64,000 bases of DNA from Bryobacterales bacterium (GTDB lineage: Bacteria > Acidobacteriota > Terriglobia > Bryobacterales > UBA6623): the NCBI GenBank assembly GCA_963422375.2, contig OY729428.2, forward strand, positions 384,001-448,000, written 5' to 3'. Under the pieces are notes generated by a model. That model had not been told where the DNA came from, ran no database searches, and worked only from the letters and a program-made list of their open reading frames with translations. The stretch's first letter is position 1; every line of letters begins with the position of its first letter. Below, piece by piece: positions 31,939 through 41,597 of the stretch. The position numbers and the translations under genes were made by a program.

Positions 31939-32400
31939 ACGGCGGTTCGTGCGACTGGCCCGCTGCAACGGGCGGGGGCGCTGACCGCTCGGGCTCGTAG
32001 CGAGAGCAAGCCGCCACCCCGGCCCCAATCAGGGCCAGCAGCAGCATGAGGAGGGTCATGGCCACGCCGAAGACCCAGCGCATCGTCTTCAATTCTGCTA
32101 GCAGTGCATTGCGGAGGGCCTCCCAATCCCTGTCCCTGTCGTCGATCCGGTTCTCCAGCGAGGACATCCTCGTTCGCATCTCCGACCGCAGGGCATCGTT
32201 TCTTGTCCCTGTCTCAGACCGGAGGGACTCGATCAATCCTTGGAAGTGGTCGTGGCGAGGGGGCCACGCATTCTCGCGCGCGTCGAGGAGTCTGCGGGTC
32301 TCGGCTCGGCCCTCTTCGATCTTCTTCTCGATCTCCGTCCGTAACGAATCCAGATTCTCTTGGATCCGGGCCTCCAGGTCGGCTTGGGATTCGTGGCGAC
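31939..32400 (-). pseudogene. Coiled-coil protein with a C-terminal transmembrane helix, truncated by the IS
   Basis: LEARIQENLDSLRTEIEKKIEE...LRSEMRTRMSSLENRID...LKTMRWVFGVAMTLLMLLLALIGAGV; the frame is cut at the IS TSD. Start unknown. Confidence 0.6.
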
Positions 32401-33414
32401 GCCCGTCGGCAGCGGCAGCCGCGCGCCTTAGCAATTGAGGTGGCTTGGGCGGGACCGGCTTGGCTCGCGACCCGTCCGCCGTCCCGCTTCTAAGCCGGGG
32501 GCGATCCCTGCGTGACGGTCCGCCCCGGGACCGGCGCGGCTTGCTCTGCCACCTTGGCGGGCTTGGAAGGGCTGTGGCGCGTGGGCCGTCGCTAGCGTCA
32601 GGTCTACCGCAGGCAACGGAGGGCCGCCGTCCGGGACCCATCTCCAGTCGCGCGCCGAGGTCGCGGTTCGGGGCCTTCGGCCCGTCAGGGGCGCTCGGGG
32701 CGTTGCCGGCAGCTTGCCCGGAGGTTGGGCTGCAGCCGGGAAACTCGGAACTGTCGGGCCGGTCGCGCGGCGGTCAGCGGGTTCGGCCAGAAGCGGGCAG
32801 AATTGGGAACGGTCATGCCCTTGCCTTGTCAGGCTCCCTTGAATTCATTGCGGTTTGACGTAGCCGCCAAGCGGACAAGGAGCCGAAGCACCGCTCGCTG
32901 AATTGCGCTGGCACGCACTTTGGCTGTCTCGCAATGTCTGCTTGGAAGTGCCGCACCTGTGGCATCCATCCGCCAAGCCCGCCAGGCTAGGAAGGGATCT
33001 GGACAGTCTGGGTAGCGCTTAGGGGACCGCCGAGTCCGCCGCTTGCCGCGGGCCGGGGGTCCGGCAATTCCAGGCCTAGCGCGTGAATTGGTTGCACGGG
33101 TCCCCCCGACTCGCTTGACGCGGAATCCGAGAACGCCTGTCCAGCCGTTCCGGCCAGGCCGCCTCTCCAGTCGGGATTCCGGCCCACCCAGGGACGCACT
33201 CCTGCTCCTTCAGCGCCGGCATGCGCTCGCGAACCCGACGGGTAATGGGTCCGCAAGCTTACGCGCATGGGAGCGCCCATGCCTGTGCTCCCTCGGACCG
33301 CTCGGCGTTTCACGCCGGACAGGTTCCCATCGGTGCCGCGAAGTGCGCGGCCTGCGGAGTCGACGGCGCCCACGCCGTGCGCTCCCGGAGATCTGGTAGA
33401 TTCAGCACTTGGGA

Positions 33415-34353
33415 ATGTCGGCGCGCATCCTCGACGGCAGGGCGATCCGCGACAGCGTGCTGACAGAACTCGCGGGCGAAGTCGCCCGCGCCGCCGGCCT
33501 GGGTGTTCGACCCGGCCTCGCTGCCGTGCTGGTGGGCGATGACCCGGCCTCGGGAATCTATGTCCGCAACAAGATCCGCGCCTGCGACAGAATCGGCATG
33601 TTCTCGGAGACGTTGAGACTGCCGGCGGCCGCCACCACGGACGAAGTGCTCGCCATCGTAGAGGACCTCAACGCACGGGACGCCATCGACGGGATCCTCG
33701 TCCAGCTACCGCTCCCTGCCCAAGTCGACTACAGGAGAGTGCTTGCGGCAGTGGTGCCGGCGAAGGACGTCGACGGCTTTCATCCGATCAACGCCGGCAA
33801 GCTGGCCACCGGACAGACGTCCCTCGCTCCCTGCACGCCCCGCGGCCTGATCGAAATCCTGCGCAGGAGCGCGATCCCCATCAAGGGCCGCCACGCGGTG
33901 GTCGTGGGCCGCAGTAACATCGTGGGCAAGCCCGCCGCCCTGCTGTTGCTGGCCGAGCACGCGACCGTGACGATCTGCCATTCCCGGACCCCGGACCTCG
34001 CCTCTGTCTGCCGACGGGCCGACATTCTGGTGGCAGCGGCCGGCCGGCCGGCCATGATCACGCGCGAGCACATCCGAGAGGGCGCCGTCGTGCTGGATGT
34101 CGGCATCAATCGCATCGTCGACGCCGGAATCGCCGCGGACCTGCTGGCGCACTCCCCCCGGCGTCTGCAGAAATTCCGGGCGACCGGGAGCGCGCTCGTC
34201 GGGGACGTGCATCCGGGGCATGTGAGGGAAGCGGCCTCGGCCTACACGCCCGTGCCGGGAGGCGTCGGCCCCCTCACGATCGCGATGCTGATGTCGAACA
34301 CACTGCAAGCGGCCAAGCGCCGCCTGCCCGGCCTCGGCCGCTCTGCGGCATGA
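33415..34353 (+). CDS. folD: Methylenetetrahydrofolate dehydrogenase/cyclohydrolase
   Basis: PGLAAVLVGDDPAS..YVRNK, GILVQLPLP, KDVDGFHP, PCTP, GRSNIVGKP, TPVPGGVGPLTIAML. Confidence 0.98.
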   Translation: MSARILDGRAIRDSVLTELAGEVARAAGLGVRPGLAAVLVGDDPASGIYVRNKIRACDRIGMFSETLRLPAAATTDEVLAIVEDLNARDAIDGILVQLPLPAQVDYRRVLAAVVPAKDVDGFHPINAGKLATGQTSLAPCTPRGLIEILRRSAIPIKGRHAVVVGRSNIVGKPAALLLLAEHATVTICHSRTPDLASVCRRADILVAAAGRPAMITREHIREGAVVLDVGINRIVDAGIAADLLAHSPRRLQKFRATGSALVGDVHPGHVREAASAYTPVPGGVGPLTIAMLMSNTLQAAKRRLPGLGRSAA

Positions 34354-35309
34354 GCCTCGAACGCTACGGCTGGAATGCCTTCTTCGAGTCCCAGCTCCCC
34401 GGTCCGGCCGGCACGGAGCCGGGGCGCGTCCGGCTCGCGACGGCCAGGAGGGCGCAAGTCTACTCCTCCGACGGAACGGTTGACGTCGGGCTGCCCCGCA
34501 ATGTGGGCACGGCGGCCGTCGGCGACTGGCTGCTTTTCTACCGCGCCAGCCGCATCGCTGCGAGGATTCTCCGGCCGCGCGGCGTCCTCGCGCGCAACCG
34601 TCCCGGCCACGCCTCGCGCCGCCAAGTGCTGGCCTCGAACGTAGACGCCGTGCTCGTCGTTGCGGGCCTGGACCGGCCGGTCAGCGACAGGCTGATCGAA
34701 CGCTACTTGGTGTGCGTGCGCGAGTCCGGGGCCAAGGCAGTGATCGTTCTCAACAAGACCGACCTCTGCGCGGATGCGGGCGCCGCGGCCGACCGATGCG
34801 CCGCGGCCCATCCGGCGTGCCAAGTCGTGGCCGCCAGCGCGGCTACGGGAGAGGGCCTGGGCGATGTCGAGCGCCTGCTTCCCCCGGCCGGGACAACCGC
34901 GCTTGCCGGGCCGTCCGGCGTCGGGAAGTCGTCCGTAGTGAACGCACTGCTGCGAACCGAGCGCCTGCAGGTCGGTGCCGTGCGAAACCGCGACCGCCGC
35001 GGGAAGCACACCACGACACGGCGGGAACTGGTGGAGCATCCGGCCGGCTGGCTGCTCATGGACATACCCGGCATCCGGGAGATTTACCCTTGGAGCAGCC
35101 TCGAGGCGGTGGACCAAGTCTTCTCCGAGATTTCGGAACTGGCGAAGGACTGCCTGTACAGGGACTGCCGGCACCGCGGCGAGCCGGGCTGCTTGGTTCG
35201 CCCGGCACTGGACAGCGGCCGGATCGCCCCCGAGCGGCTCGCAAGCTACCTGGAGCTTCGGGGGGAGCAAGAGGAACTGGCGCGAAGCATCGACGCGGCC
35301 CGCAAGTGA
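34350..35309 (+). CDS. rsgA: Ribosome small subunit-dependent GTPase A
   Basis: AVGDW, LNKTDL, GPSGVGKSS, RGKHTTT, DIPGIRE, C.YRDC.H..EPGC. Confidence 0.95.
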   Translation: MSLERYGWNAFFESQLPGPAGTEPGRVRLATARRAQVYSSDGTVDVGLPRNVGTAAVGDWLLFYRASRIAARILRPRGVLARNRPGHASRRQVLASNVDAVLVVAGLDRPVSDRLIERYLVCVRESGAKAVIVLNKTDLCADAGAAADRCAAAHPACQVVAASAATGEGLGDVERLLPPAGTTALAGPSGVGKSSVVNALLRTERLQVGAVRNRDRRGKHTTTRRELVEHPAGWLLMDIPGIREIYPWSSLEAVDQVFSEISELAKDCLYRDCRHRGEPGCLVRPALDSGRIAPERLASYLELRGEQEELARSIDAARK

Positions 35310-35337
35310 GCGGAGCCCGACGGTCCCCTTCCGGGGC

Positions 35338-35988
35338 TCACAGCCTGCGCGCCATGAGGTTGAAGCCGTCCTGGCTCAGGCGCTCCTTGGCAGCCTCGGC
35401 TTCCGCGTCGTTCTTGAACGGCCCGACGTACACGCGGAACAGGCCGTTCGACTCCGGCATGATGTGGGCGCGGAAGCCCTCGCGGCGCAGCCAGTCCACG
35501 AGGGACTTGGCGTTCCCGCTCACGCTCAAGGCCGCCACTTGATAGTGCAGCGCGGCCGCTGCCGACGCGGTCTTCCGCGGCGCTTGCGGGACGGGCTTCG
35601 AGACCGCCCGCGACGGCGGCGCCGACGCGGGTGGCGGCCGCTTGACGGCAGGGTCCGGCCGGGCCCGCCCCGGCGCGTCGCCTCCCGCGGCGCTAGGGGC
35701 AGACTCGCGGCTTGCAGGCACCGGGGATTCGGCGGCAGCGCTGGCGGCCGGGTCGGCCGGCGCGAGCAAGACATCCGGAACCTTCACGGGCTCGGGCCGG
35801 CGCGGAGCAGGATTGTCGAGGAATGACAGCAGGCCCGGCTCGCTCCGGAGGCCTCGGCCGTAGCCTGCTTTAAAGCCCGTGAAATAGGCCACCCCGACCG
35901 CCGCCGCGAGCACCGCGACAACTATCAAGACCTGCTTGATCCCGAAGAATACTTCGACTTCGCCTTTGGGCTTCGCCTCCCCGGGCAT
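35338..35988 (-). CDS. SPOR-domain membrane protein
   Basis: N-terminal TM, Pro/Ala-rich linker, YQVAAL...FRVYVGPF SPOR domain. Confidence 0.88.
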   Translation of the reverse strand: MPGEAKPKGEVEVFFGIKQVLIVVAVLAAAVGVAYFTGFKAGYGRGLRSEPGLLSFLDNPAPRRPEPVKVPDVLLAPADPAASAAAESPVPASRESAPSAAGGDAPGRARPDPAVKRPPPASAPPSRAVSKPVPQAPRKTASAAAALHYQVAALSVSGNAKSLVDWLRREGFRAHIMPESNGLFRVYVGPFKNDAEAEAAKERLSQDGFNLMARRL

Positions 35989-36023
35989 GCCCCGATCCTA
36001 CACTGATTCCGACAATCTTGCTA

Positions 36024-36800
36024 CTACTTGTTTGAAACGTCCCTGCCGTCCATCGTCTCCGCCCATTTCGAAAGGCCGCGGAACAAGTCCACCGGCAGGG
36101 GCAGCACGACCGTGGTGTTCTTCTCGGCCCCGATCTCGGTCAGGGTCTGCAGGTAGCGCAGCGTGATCGATGCCGGCTGGGTGCTCAGCGTCTCGGCGGC
36201 GCTGGTCAGTTTCGCGGCGGCCTGCAGCTCGCCGTCGGCGTGGATAATCTTGGCCCGGCGCTCGCGCTCTGCCTCGGCCTGCCGCGCGATGGCGCGGATC
36301 ATTTGCTCGGGAAGGTCGACGTGCTTGACCTCCACCACCTGAACCTTGATGCCCCAGGTTCCGGTCTGCTCGTCCAGAGTCGACTGGAGCCTGGAATTCA
36401 GCTTCTCCCGCTCGCTGAGCAGCTCGTCCAGCTCCGCCTCGCCGAGAACGGAGCGGAGGCGGGTCTGCGCGAGCTGGGAGGTGGCATGGACGTAGTGCTT
36501 GACCTCCACCACGGCCTTGGCCGGATCCAGCACGCGGAAGAACACGACGGCGCTGACCTTGACGGTCACGTTGTCGCGCGTCACGACGTCCTGCGAAGGC
36601 ACTTCGAGAGTCTCGACCCGCAGCGGAATGCGGACGATGCGGTCGAGCGGGCGGAACACGAAGATGAGGCCCGGGCCCTTCGGGGTCGGCAGCAGCCGCC
36701 CGAGCCGAAAAATCACGCCGCGCTCGTACTCGGTGAGAACCTTGATGCTGTTGATCAGGTAGAGGGCGATGATTCCGGCGACGATGAATGGAAGCTCCAT
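36024..36800 (-). CDS. Slipin / SPFH (band 7) protein
   Basis: [49 protein letters not shown]. Confidence 0.95.
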   Translation of the reverse strand: MELPFIVAGIIALYLINSIKVLTEYERGVIFRLGRLLPTPKGPGLIFVFRPLDRIVRIPLRVETLEVPSQDVVTRDNVTVKVSAVVFFRVLDPAKAVVEVKHYVHATSQLAQTRLRSVLGEAELDELLSEREKLNSRLQSTLDEQTGTWGIKVQVVEVKHVDLPEQMIRAIARQAEAERERRAKIIHADGELQAAAKLTSAAETLSTQPASITLRYLQTLTEIGAEKNTTVVLPLPVDLFRGLSKWAETMDGRDVSNK

Positions 36801-36930
36801 GGGACTCTCCTTCAAGCGCGTGGCGCGGCCGCGCCCTCCGGGGCGGGCACGGCGAAGCCTACGCCTAGAATTCTAGCCCATCGCTTCCGGATCCCGGGCC
36901 CGGGCCTCTCGGCGACGCGGATCGCGGCCG

Positions 36931-38259
36931 CTACTGGACGCTGCCGTTCCCGCTCGGCTCCACCTCGAGCGTCATGCCATCGACCGCGACGACGCGGACG
37001 CCCTGCCCCGCCGCCACCTCCGACCGGGAGCGCGCGCTCCAGTGCTCCCCGTGCACGAACACCGTGCCGGTTGGAGCGACGGCGGTTTTCGCCTCGCCGA
37101 GCTCCCCGACCATCGCCTCGGCGCCGGTCGCAACCTTGAATCGGAACGAGCGAATCGCGAGCTGCAGCAGGAACACGCTGATCGCCGCGAACGGCAGCGT
37201 TATCGCCACGGCCGGCCCCCAGCCGATCTGCAGTTCGGGCACGTCGGTGTCAACGAGAATGACGATTCCCAGCACCATCGCGACCGCGCCGCCCGCGGCG
37301 AGGATGCCGTTCACCGGGGTCATCGCCTCGATGACGAAGAAGGCCACCGCCAGCAGGATCAGGACGGCTCCGGCCGCGTTGATCGGCAGCAGCGAGAGCG
37401 CCATCAGGCCCACGATGAGGAGAATCCCGCCGAGCACGCCCGGAATCACCAGACCGGGGCTCGTGAACTCGATGTAGACGCCGGCAAGACCGAGGACCAG
37501 CACGAGCAGGGCGAGGCTCGGATTGGTGAGAGGGAGCAGGATGCGCTGGCGCAGGCTCGGAACGTAGGCGCGCAGCTCCGGGGAGGACAGGTCCAAGACC
37601 TCCTCCGTCCCGTCGAACCGCACGACGGTCCGTCCGTCAAGCTGCTCCAGGAGGTCGTGAACGTCCTGCGCGACCACCTCGATCAGACTCGCGTCAAGGG
37701 CGTCCAGCTCAGTGAACGACTTGCTCTCCAGCACGGCCTTGACGGCCAGCTCGCTGTTTCTCCCCCGCTTGTCGGTAACCGCCCGCAGCGACGCGGCAGT
37801 GTCGTTCTCGACCTTCTGCTTCATCGGGCCCTGGAGCTCGCCGCCCATCGCCAAGACCGGCTGAGCGGCCCCTGTGTTCGTGCCGGGCGCCATGGCGGCG
37901 ATGTCGGCCGAGACGAGGATGATGAATCCGGCCGAGGCGGCGTGCCCCCCACTCGGCGACACGTACGCAATCACAGGGACAGGGGAGGCGAGGATCGACT
38001 GGACGATCTCGTTCGTCGCTTCGAGCAAGCCGCCCGGCGTGTTGAGCGTCAGCAGGACCGCCGCGTCGCCGGACTCGCCCGCCTGGTGCAGGGCCTCGGC
38101 CACGATCTCGCGGGTCAGCGGGTGGATGACCGTGTCGATATCCAGCACCAAGACGCGCCCGGCTCGCGCGCCCGAGGCCGTTCCGAGCGCCGCCGCGACC
38201 GCCAACGCCACGGACAGGGCCGCTCGACAGACGGAACTCGATCCTCCAGACGCTCGCAT
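36931..38259 (-). CDS. nfeD: NfeD long-form membrane serine protease
   Basis: LNTPGG, AASAG, AMAPGTNTGAA.P, multiple TMs, C-terminal OB fold (G.VFVHGE.W.A); adjacent to slipin. Confidence 0.93.
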   Translation of the reverse strand: MRASGGSSSVCRAALSVALAVAAALGTASGARAGRVLVLDIDTVIHPLTREIVAEALHQAGESGDAAVLLTLNTPGGLLEATNEIVQSILASPVPVIAYVSPSGGHAASAGFIILVSADIAAMAPGTNTGAAQPVLAMGGELQGPMKQKVENDTAASLRAVTDKRGRNSELAVKAVLESKSFTELDALDASLIEVVAQDVHDLLEQLDGRTVVRFDGTEEVLDLSSPELRAYVPSLRQRILLPLTNPSLALLVLVLGLAGVYIEFTSPGLVIPGVLGGILLIVGLMALSLLPINAAGAVLILLAVAFFVIEAMTPVNGILAAGGAVAMVLGIVILVDTDVPELQIGWGPAVAITLPFAAISVFLLQLAIRSFRFKVATGAEAMVGELGEAKTAVAPTGTVFVHGEHWSARSRSEVAAGQGVRVVAVDGMTLEVEPSGNGSVQ

Positions 38260-38586
38260 CGCGCCCTAAGTGTAATGCAGGCAGCCGGATCAACGGGCCG
38301 GGCCGTCGGAGGCGGCGGCCGCGGCGACGCGCTGTCAGAAGCGGATCCCAAGGCGGGGGCAGCCCGCCCGGCGGGGCCGGATGCCTCGCCGCGACCGCCC
38401 GACCGGGAAGGCAGCCGGACGGAAACCGAGCCCGGTCGGATCCGACAGCGCGGCGCGATGGCAGGCGAGCGCGAGACGCTCGAAATGCCGGTCCACCGCA
38501 TATCGTGCATTCGTCGCAGTGCGTAGCACAACATGTTGAATCGACGGCCCGAGGAACGCGGCAGCGGGTTACAATGGGGCGCTCGG

Positions 38587-40569
38587 ATGAACCGGCTCGG
38601 ACTCAGGCTCGGCAGGCCCGAGAGAGTGCTGGCCGTACTGGCAGCAGGCACCTTCCTCCTCTGGGTTCTGCAGTCGGCCGTCCCGTCCCTCGCCCCCTAC
38701 CGTCGGTTCGCGCTGGCCCTCCTGCTGATTCTCGGCGGCTTGGTCGGCATGGTGCGCCTCGTGGGCGCCGGCCAGTGGCTGGCGCGCAAGGTCCTGTGGA
38801 GGGTCCGCCACCGCATGGTCGCGGTGTTCTTCTTCGTCGGCGTGCTGCCCATCTCGCTCGGAGCGCTGCTCGTGCTCTGGGGGGTGCTGCTGCTGATGGG
38901 CCCCCTGCTGGCGTACGTGGTGGGCTCGCAGTTCCGGACCGAGGCCGAACGCCTCGAATCCGCCGCCGGGCTGCTGCACCGGCAGCTGCACGACGAGCCG
39001 CCGGCCGAGCGCAAGGCGGCCATCGAGCGACTGCACGCGTACGCCGCCGAGGATTTCCCCGGCCTCGCGATCGTGGCGGAATTCGACGGAACGAGGACAT
39101 CGCATCCCGTAGGAGCGCTGCCGGGAGCCATCCCCGCCGAAGCCGGCGCGCTCCTCGGGCTGGTGCGGCAGGGGGAGAGCCTCTACCTCGCGGCCGCGGC
39201 GGGAGGCAGTCCGCCGGACGGCAGGGTGGCTCTCGCCGTCCCGCTGACGGAGGCTCTCGTGCGCGACATCATGGCGGGCATCGGCCTCATCGGCGTCAGC
39301 TTGGCAGTCGCCGGCGATCTCGGGCCCGACGCGCTGCCGGACTTCGTCGAGCCCGCCGGAGAGGCGAGCGGCCTGGCCGACACGAGCGGGATTCCCCCTC
39401 CCCGGCACCCGCTGGACTGGCAGATCCGCTGGCCAGTCCAAGCGGAGTTCGTGGACTGGGGCTCGGGCCGGGTCCTGTCCACGGTGTACCCGCTCTTCAC
39501 GCGCACCTCGGCCCTGTGGGCCACCATCTTCGCCGACCAGGCGGAAGGCTCGTTCCGCCTCTTCTCGTTCCTCGGCATCTGCCTCGCCATAGCGTTCGCA
39601 GCCAACCTGCTGGTCTCCCTGTTCATCGCGACGGCGCTGACGCGGACGCTCACGGGCGCCGTCAACGACCTCTACGTGGGCACGGAGCGCGTCGACGCAG
39701 GGGACTTCAGCTACAGGATCCCGGTCAGGGGCAGCGACCAGATCAGCGATCTCTCGCGGGCGTTCAACGCGATGACTGGCTCCCTCGAGGGCCTGATCGA
39801 GGAATCGAAGCGCCGCCAGCAGCTGGAGGCGGAGATCAAGATCGCGCGCGAGGTGCAGGCGAGACTGTTCCCCGCGCACGCGCCCGAGCTCGCGGGCCTT
39901 GAGATTCTCGGCATCTGCCGCCCGGCCCGGTCCGTGTCGGGAGACTTCTTCGACTACGTGGATCTGGAGGACGGGTGCCTGGCGATCAGCTTCGGCGACG
40001 TGTCGGGCAAGGGCATCTCGGCCGCACTCGTGATGGCGTCGCTGCACTCGATCATCCGCACGCAGCTGGTGCTCCTCCAGCGGGCGGCGTCGCAGCCGCT
40101 GGACCGCTCCGCCGCCCAGGTCGTGGAGCGCGCCAACCGCCAGCTGTGCGACGAGACCGCCCCCGAGAAGTTCTCGACCCTGTTCTTCGGGGCCTACGAC
40201 TCGCGGAGCGGGACGCTAGCGTACTCGAATGCAGGGCACCCGCCTCCCCTGCTCCTGAGGAACGGCGGCTTGACGCCGCTCGAGGTCAACGGCATGATCG
40301 TCGGGGTATTCCCGGAGGCCGAGTATTCCGCCACGAACCTCGCGCTGGAGCCCGGCGACCTACTGGTGGCCTACACCGACGGACTCACCGAGCCTGAGAA
40401 CGGATCCGGCGAGGAGTTCGGCGAGCAGCGGCTGCGCACCACCCTGCGAGAGCGCGCGGACAGCCCGTCGCGGGAACTCATCGAGGGCGTGATGAACGAC
40501 GTCAAGGCGTGGACGGGCGCATTGACCCTCCAAGACGACATGACCATGCTAGTCGTTAGAAGGCGATGA
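38587..40569 (+). CDS. Membrane HAMP + PP2C (SpoIIE/RsbU-type) phosphatase
   Basis: TMs, HAMP (GDFSYRI...FNAM), VSGDFFD, GDVSGKG, NAGH, YTDGLTE, DDMT. Confidence 0.93.
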   Translation: MNRLGLRLGRPERVLAVLAAGTFLLWVLQSAVPSLAPYRRFALALLLILGGLVGMVRLVGAGQWLARKVLWRVRHRMVAVFFFVGVLPISLGALLVLWGVLLLMGPLLAYVVGSQFRTEAERLESAAGLLHRQLHDEPPAERKAAIERLHAYAAEDFPGLAIVAEFDGTRTSHPVGALPGAIPAEAGALLGLVRQGESLYLAAAAGGSPPDGRVALAVPLTEALVRDIMAGIGLIGVSLAVAGDLGPDALPDFVEPAGEASGLADTSGIPPPRHPLDWQIRWPVQAEFVDWGSGRVLSTVYPLFTRTSALWATIFADQAEGSFRLFSFLGICLAIAFAANLLVSLFIATALTRTLTGAVNDLYVGTERVDAGDFSYRIPVRGSDQISDLSRAFNAMTGSLEGLIEESKRRQQLEAEIKIAREVQARLFPAHAPELAGLEILGICRPARSVSGDFFDYVDLEDGCLAISFGDVSGKGISAALVMASLHSIIRTQLVLLQRAASQPLDRSAAQVVERANRQLCDETAPEKFSTLFFGAYDSRSGTLAYSNAGHPPPLLLRNGGLTPLEVNGMIVGVFPEAEYSATNLALEPGDLLVAYTDGLTEPENGSGEEFGEQRLRTTLRERADSPSRELIEGVMNDVKAWTGALTLQDDMTMLVVRRR

Positions 40570-41597
40570 TCCGGCGGGCATTCTATGCGACGCACCTGCG
40601 ACGCATCGCGATACTGCTAGCCTTCACGCAGGCCGTGCTCGTCGCCGGCACGATCGGCTTCCGGCTCATCGAGGGCTCACAGTGGTTTGACAGCTTCTAC
40701 ATGGCGCTGATCACAGTGACCACGATCGGCTACGGGGAAACCATCGAGCTGAGCCAGGGCGGGCGGCTGTTCAATTCCCTCCTCATCTTCGCGGGATTCC
40801 TGGCCGTGTTCGTCGCCATCGGGGTCACGACTGACACGCTGATCCAACTCGAACTACAGAGTTTCTTCAGCCGAAAGAGGACGAAGCGCATGATCAACAA
40901 GATGTCCGGCCACTTCATCGTTTGCGGACTCGGCCGGGTGGGGCGGGCGGTCATCGAGCGGCTCCAGCGGAGCGACGCGAAGATCGTGGCGATCGACAGC
41001 GACCCGTCGCGTGAATCGTGGGCGCTGGACCACGACGTTGCCCTCCTACCGGAGGACGCGACACTCGACGTCACCTTGGCGCGAGCGGGGGCGCAGCGCG
41101 CGAGAGGCTTGGTCGCCGCCACTAGCAGCGACGCGGTCAACGTGTACATCACCCTGTCGTCGCGGGTGCTGAACCCGGACCTGCGCATCGGAGCCCGGGC
41201 GAGCGACGAGGAGTCGCGCCAGAAGCTGCTCCAGGCGGGTGCGAACACGGTGTTCACCCCGTACACGTTCACCGGATTCCGCATCGCCCAGGCGCTGCTG
41301 CATCCCGAGGTCGCGAACTTCCTGGACCTCGCCACGGCCGTCGAGAATCCCGACTTCGAGGTCGACATCGACGAGCACCGCGTCGGCAGGCGCAGCCGGT
41401 ACGCCGGGCTGGCCGTCGGCACCGTACGTTCCCAGTGGGGGGAGGGGTGGGGCCTCATCTTGCTCGCCCTCAAGGCCGGCGACCGCCCGGTCCAGTTCAA
41501 CCCGCCGGACAGCACCCGGATCGAAGCCGGCTGCGTGATGATCGTGATGGGCCAGAGGCACACGCTGAACCGGCTGAAGAAGGAGCTTGCAGATTGA
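40566..41597 (+). CDS. Potassium channel with RCK (TrkA-N/C) domains
   Basis: TVTTIGYG selectivity filter; HFIVCGLGRVG. Confidence 0.93.
   Translation: MIRRAFYATHLRRIAILLAFTQAVLVAGTIGFRLIEGSQWFDSFYMALITVTTIGYGETIELSQGGRLFNSLLIFAGFLAVFVAIGVTTDTLIQLELQSFFSRKRTKRMINKMSGHFIVCGLGRVGRAVIERLQRSDAKIVAIDSDPSRESWALDHDVALLPEDATLDVTLARAGAQRARGLVAATSSDAVNVYITLSSRVLNPDLRIGARASDEESRQKLLQAGANTVFTPYTFTGFRIAQALLHPEVANFLDLATAVENPDFEVDIDEHRVGRRSRYAGLAVGTVRSQWGEGWGLILLALKAGDRPVQFNPPDSTRIEAGCVMIVMGQRHTLNRLKKELAD

Noticed and set aside
32640..33400. Small ORFs or an ncRNA upstream of folD
   Set aside because: No recognisable motif or convincing structure; left unassigned.
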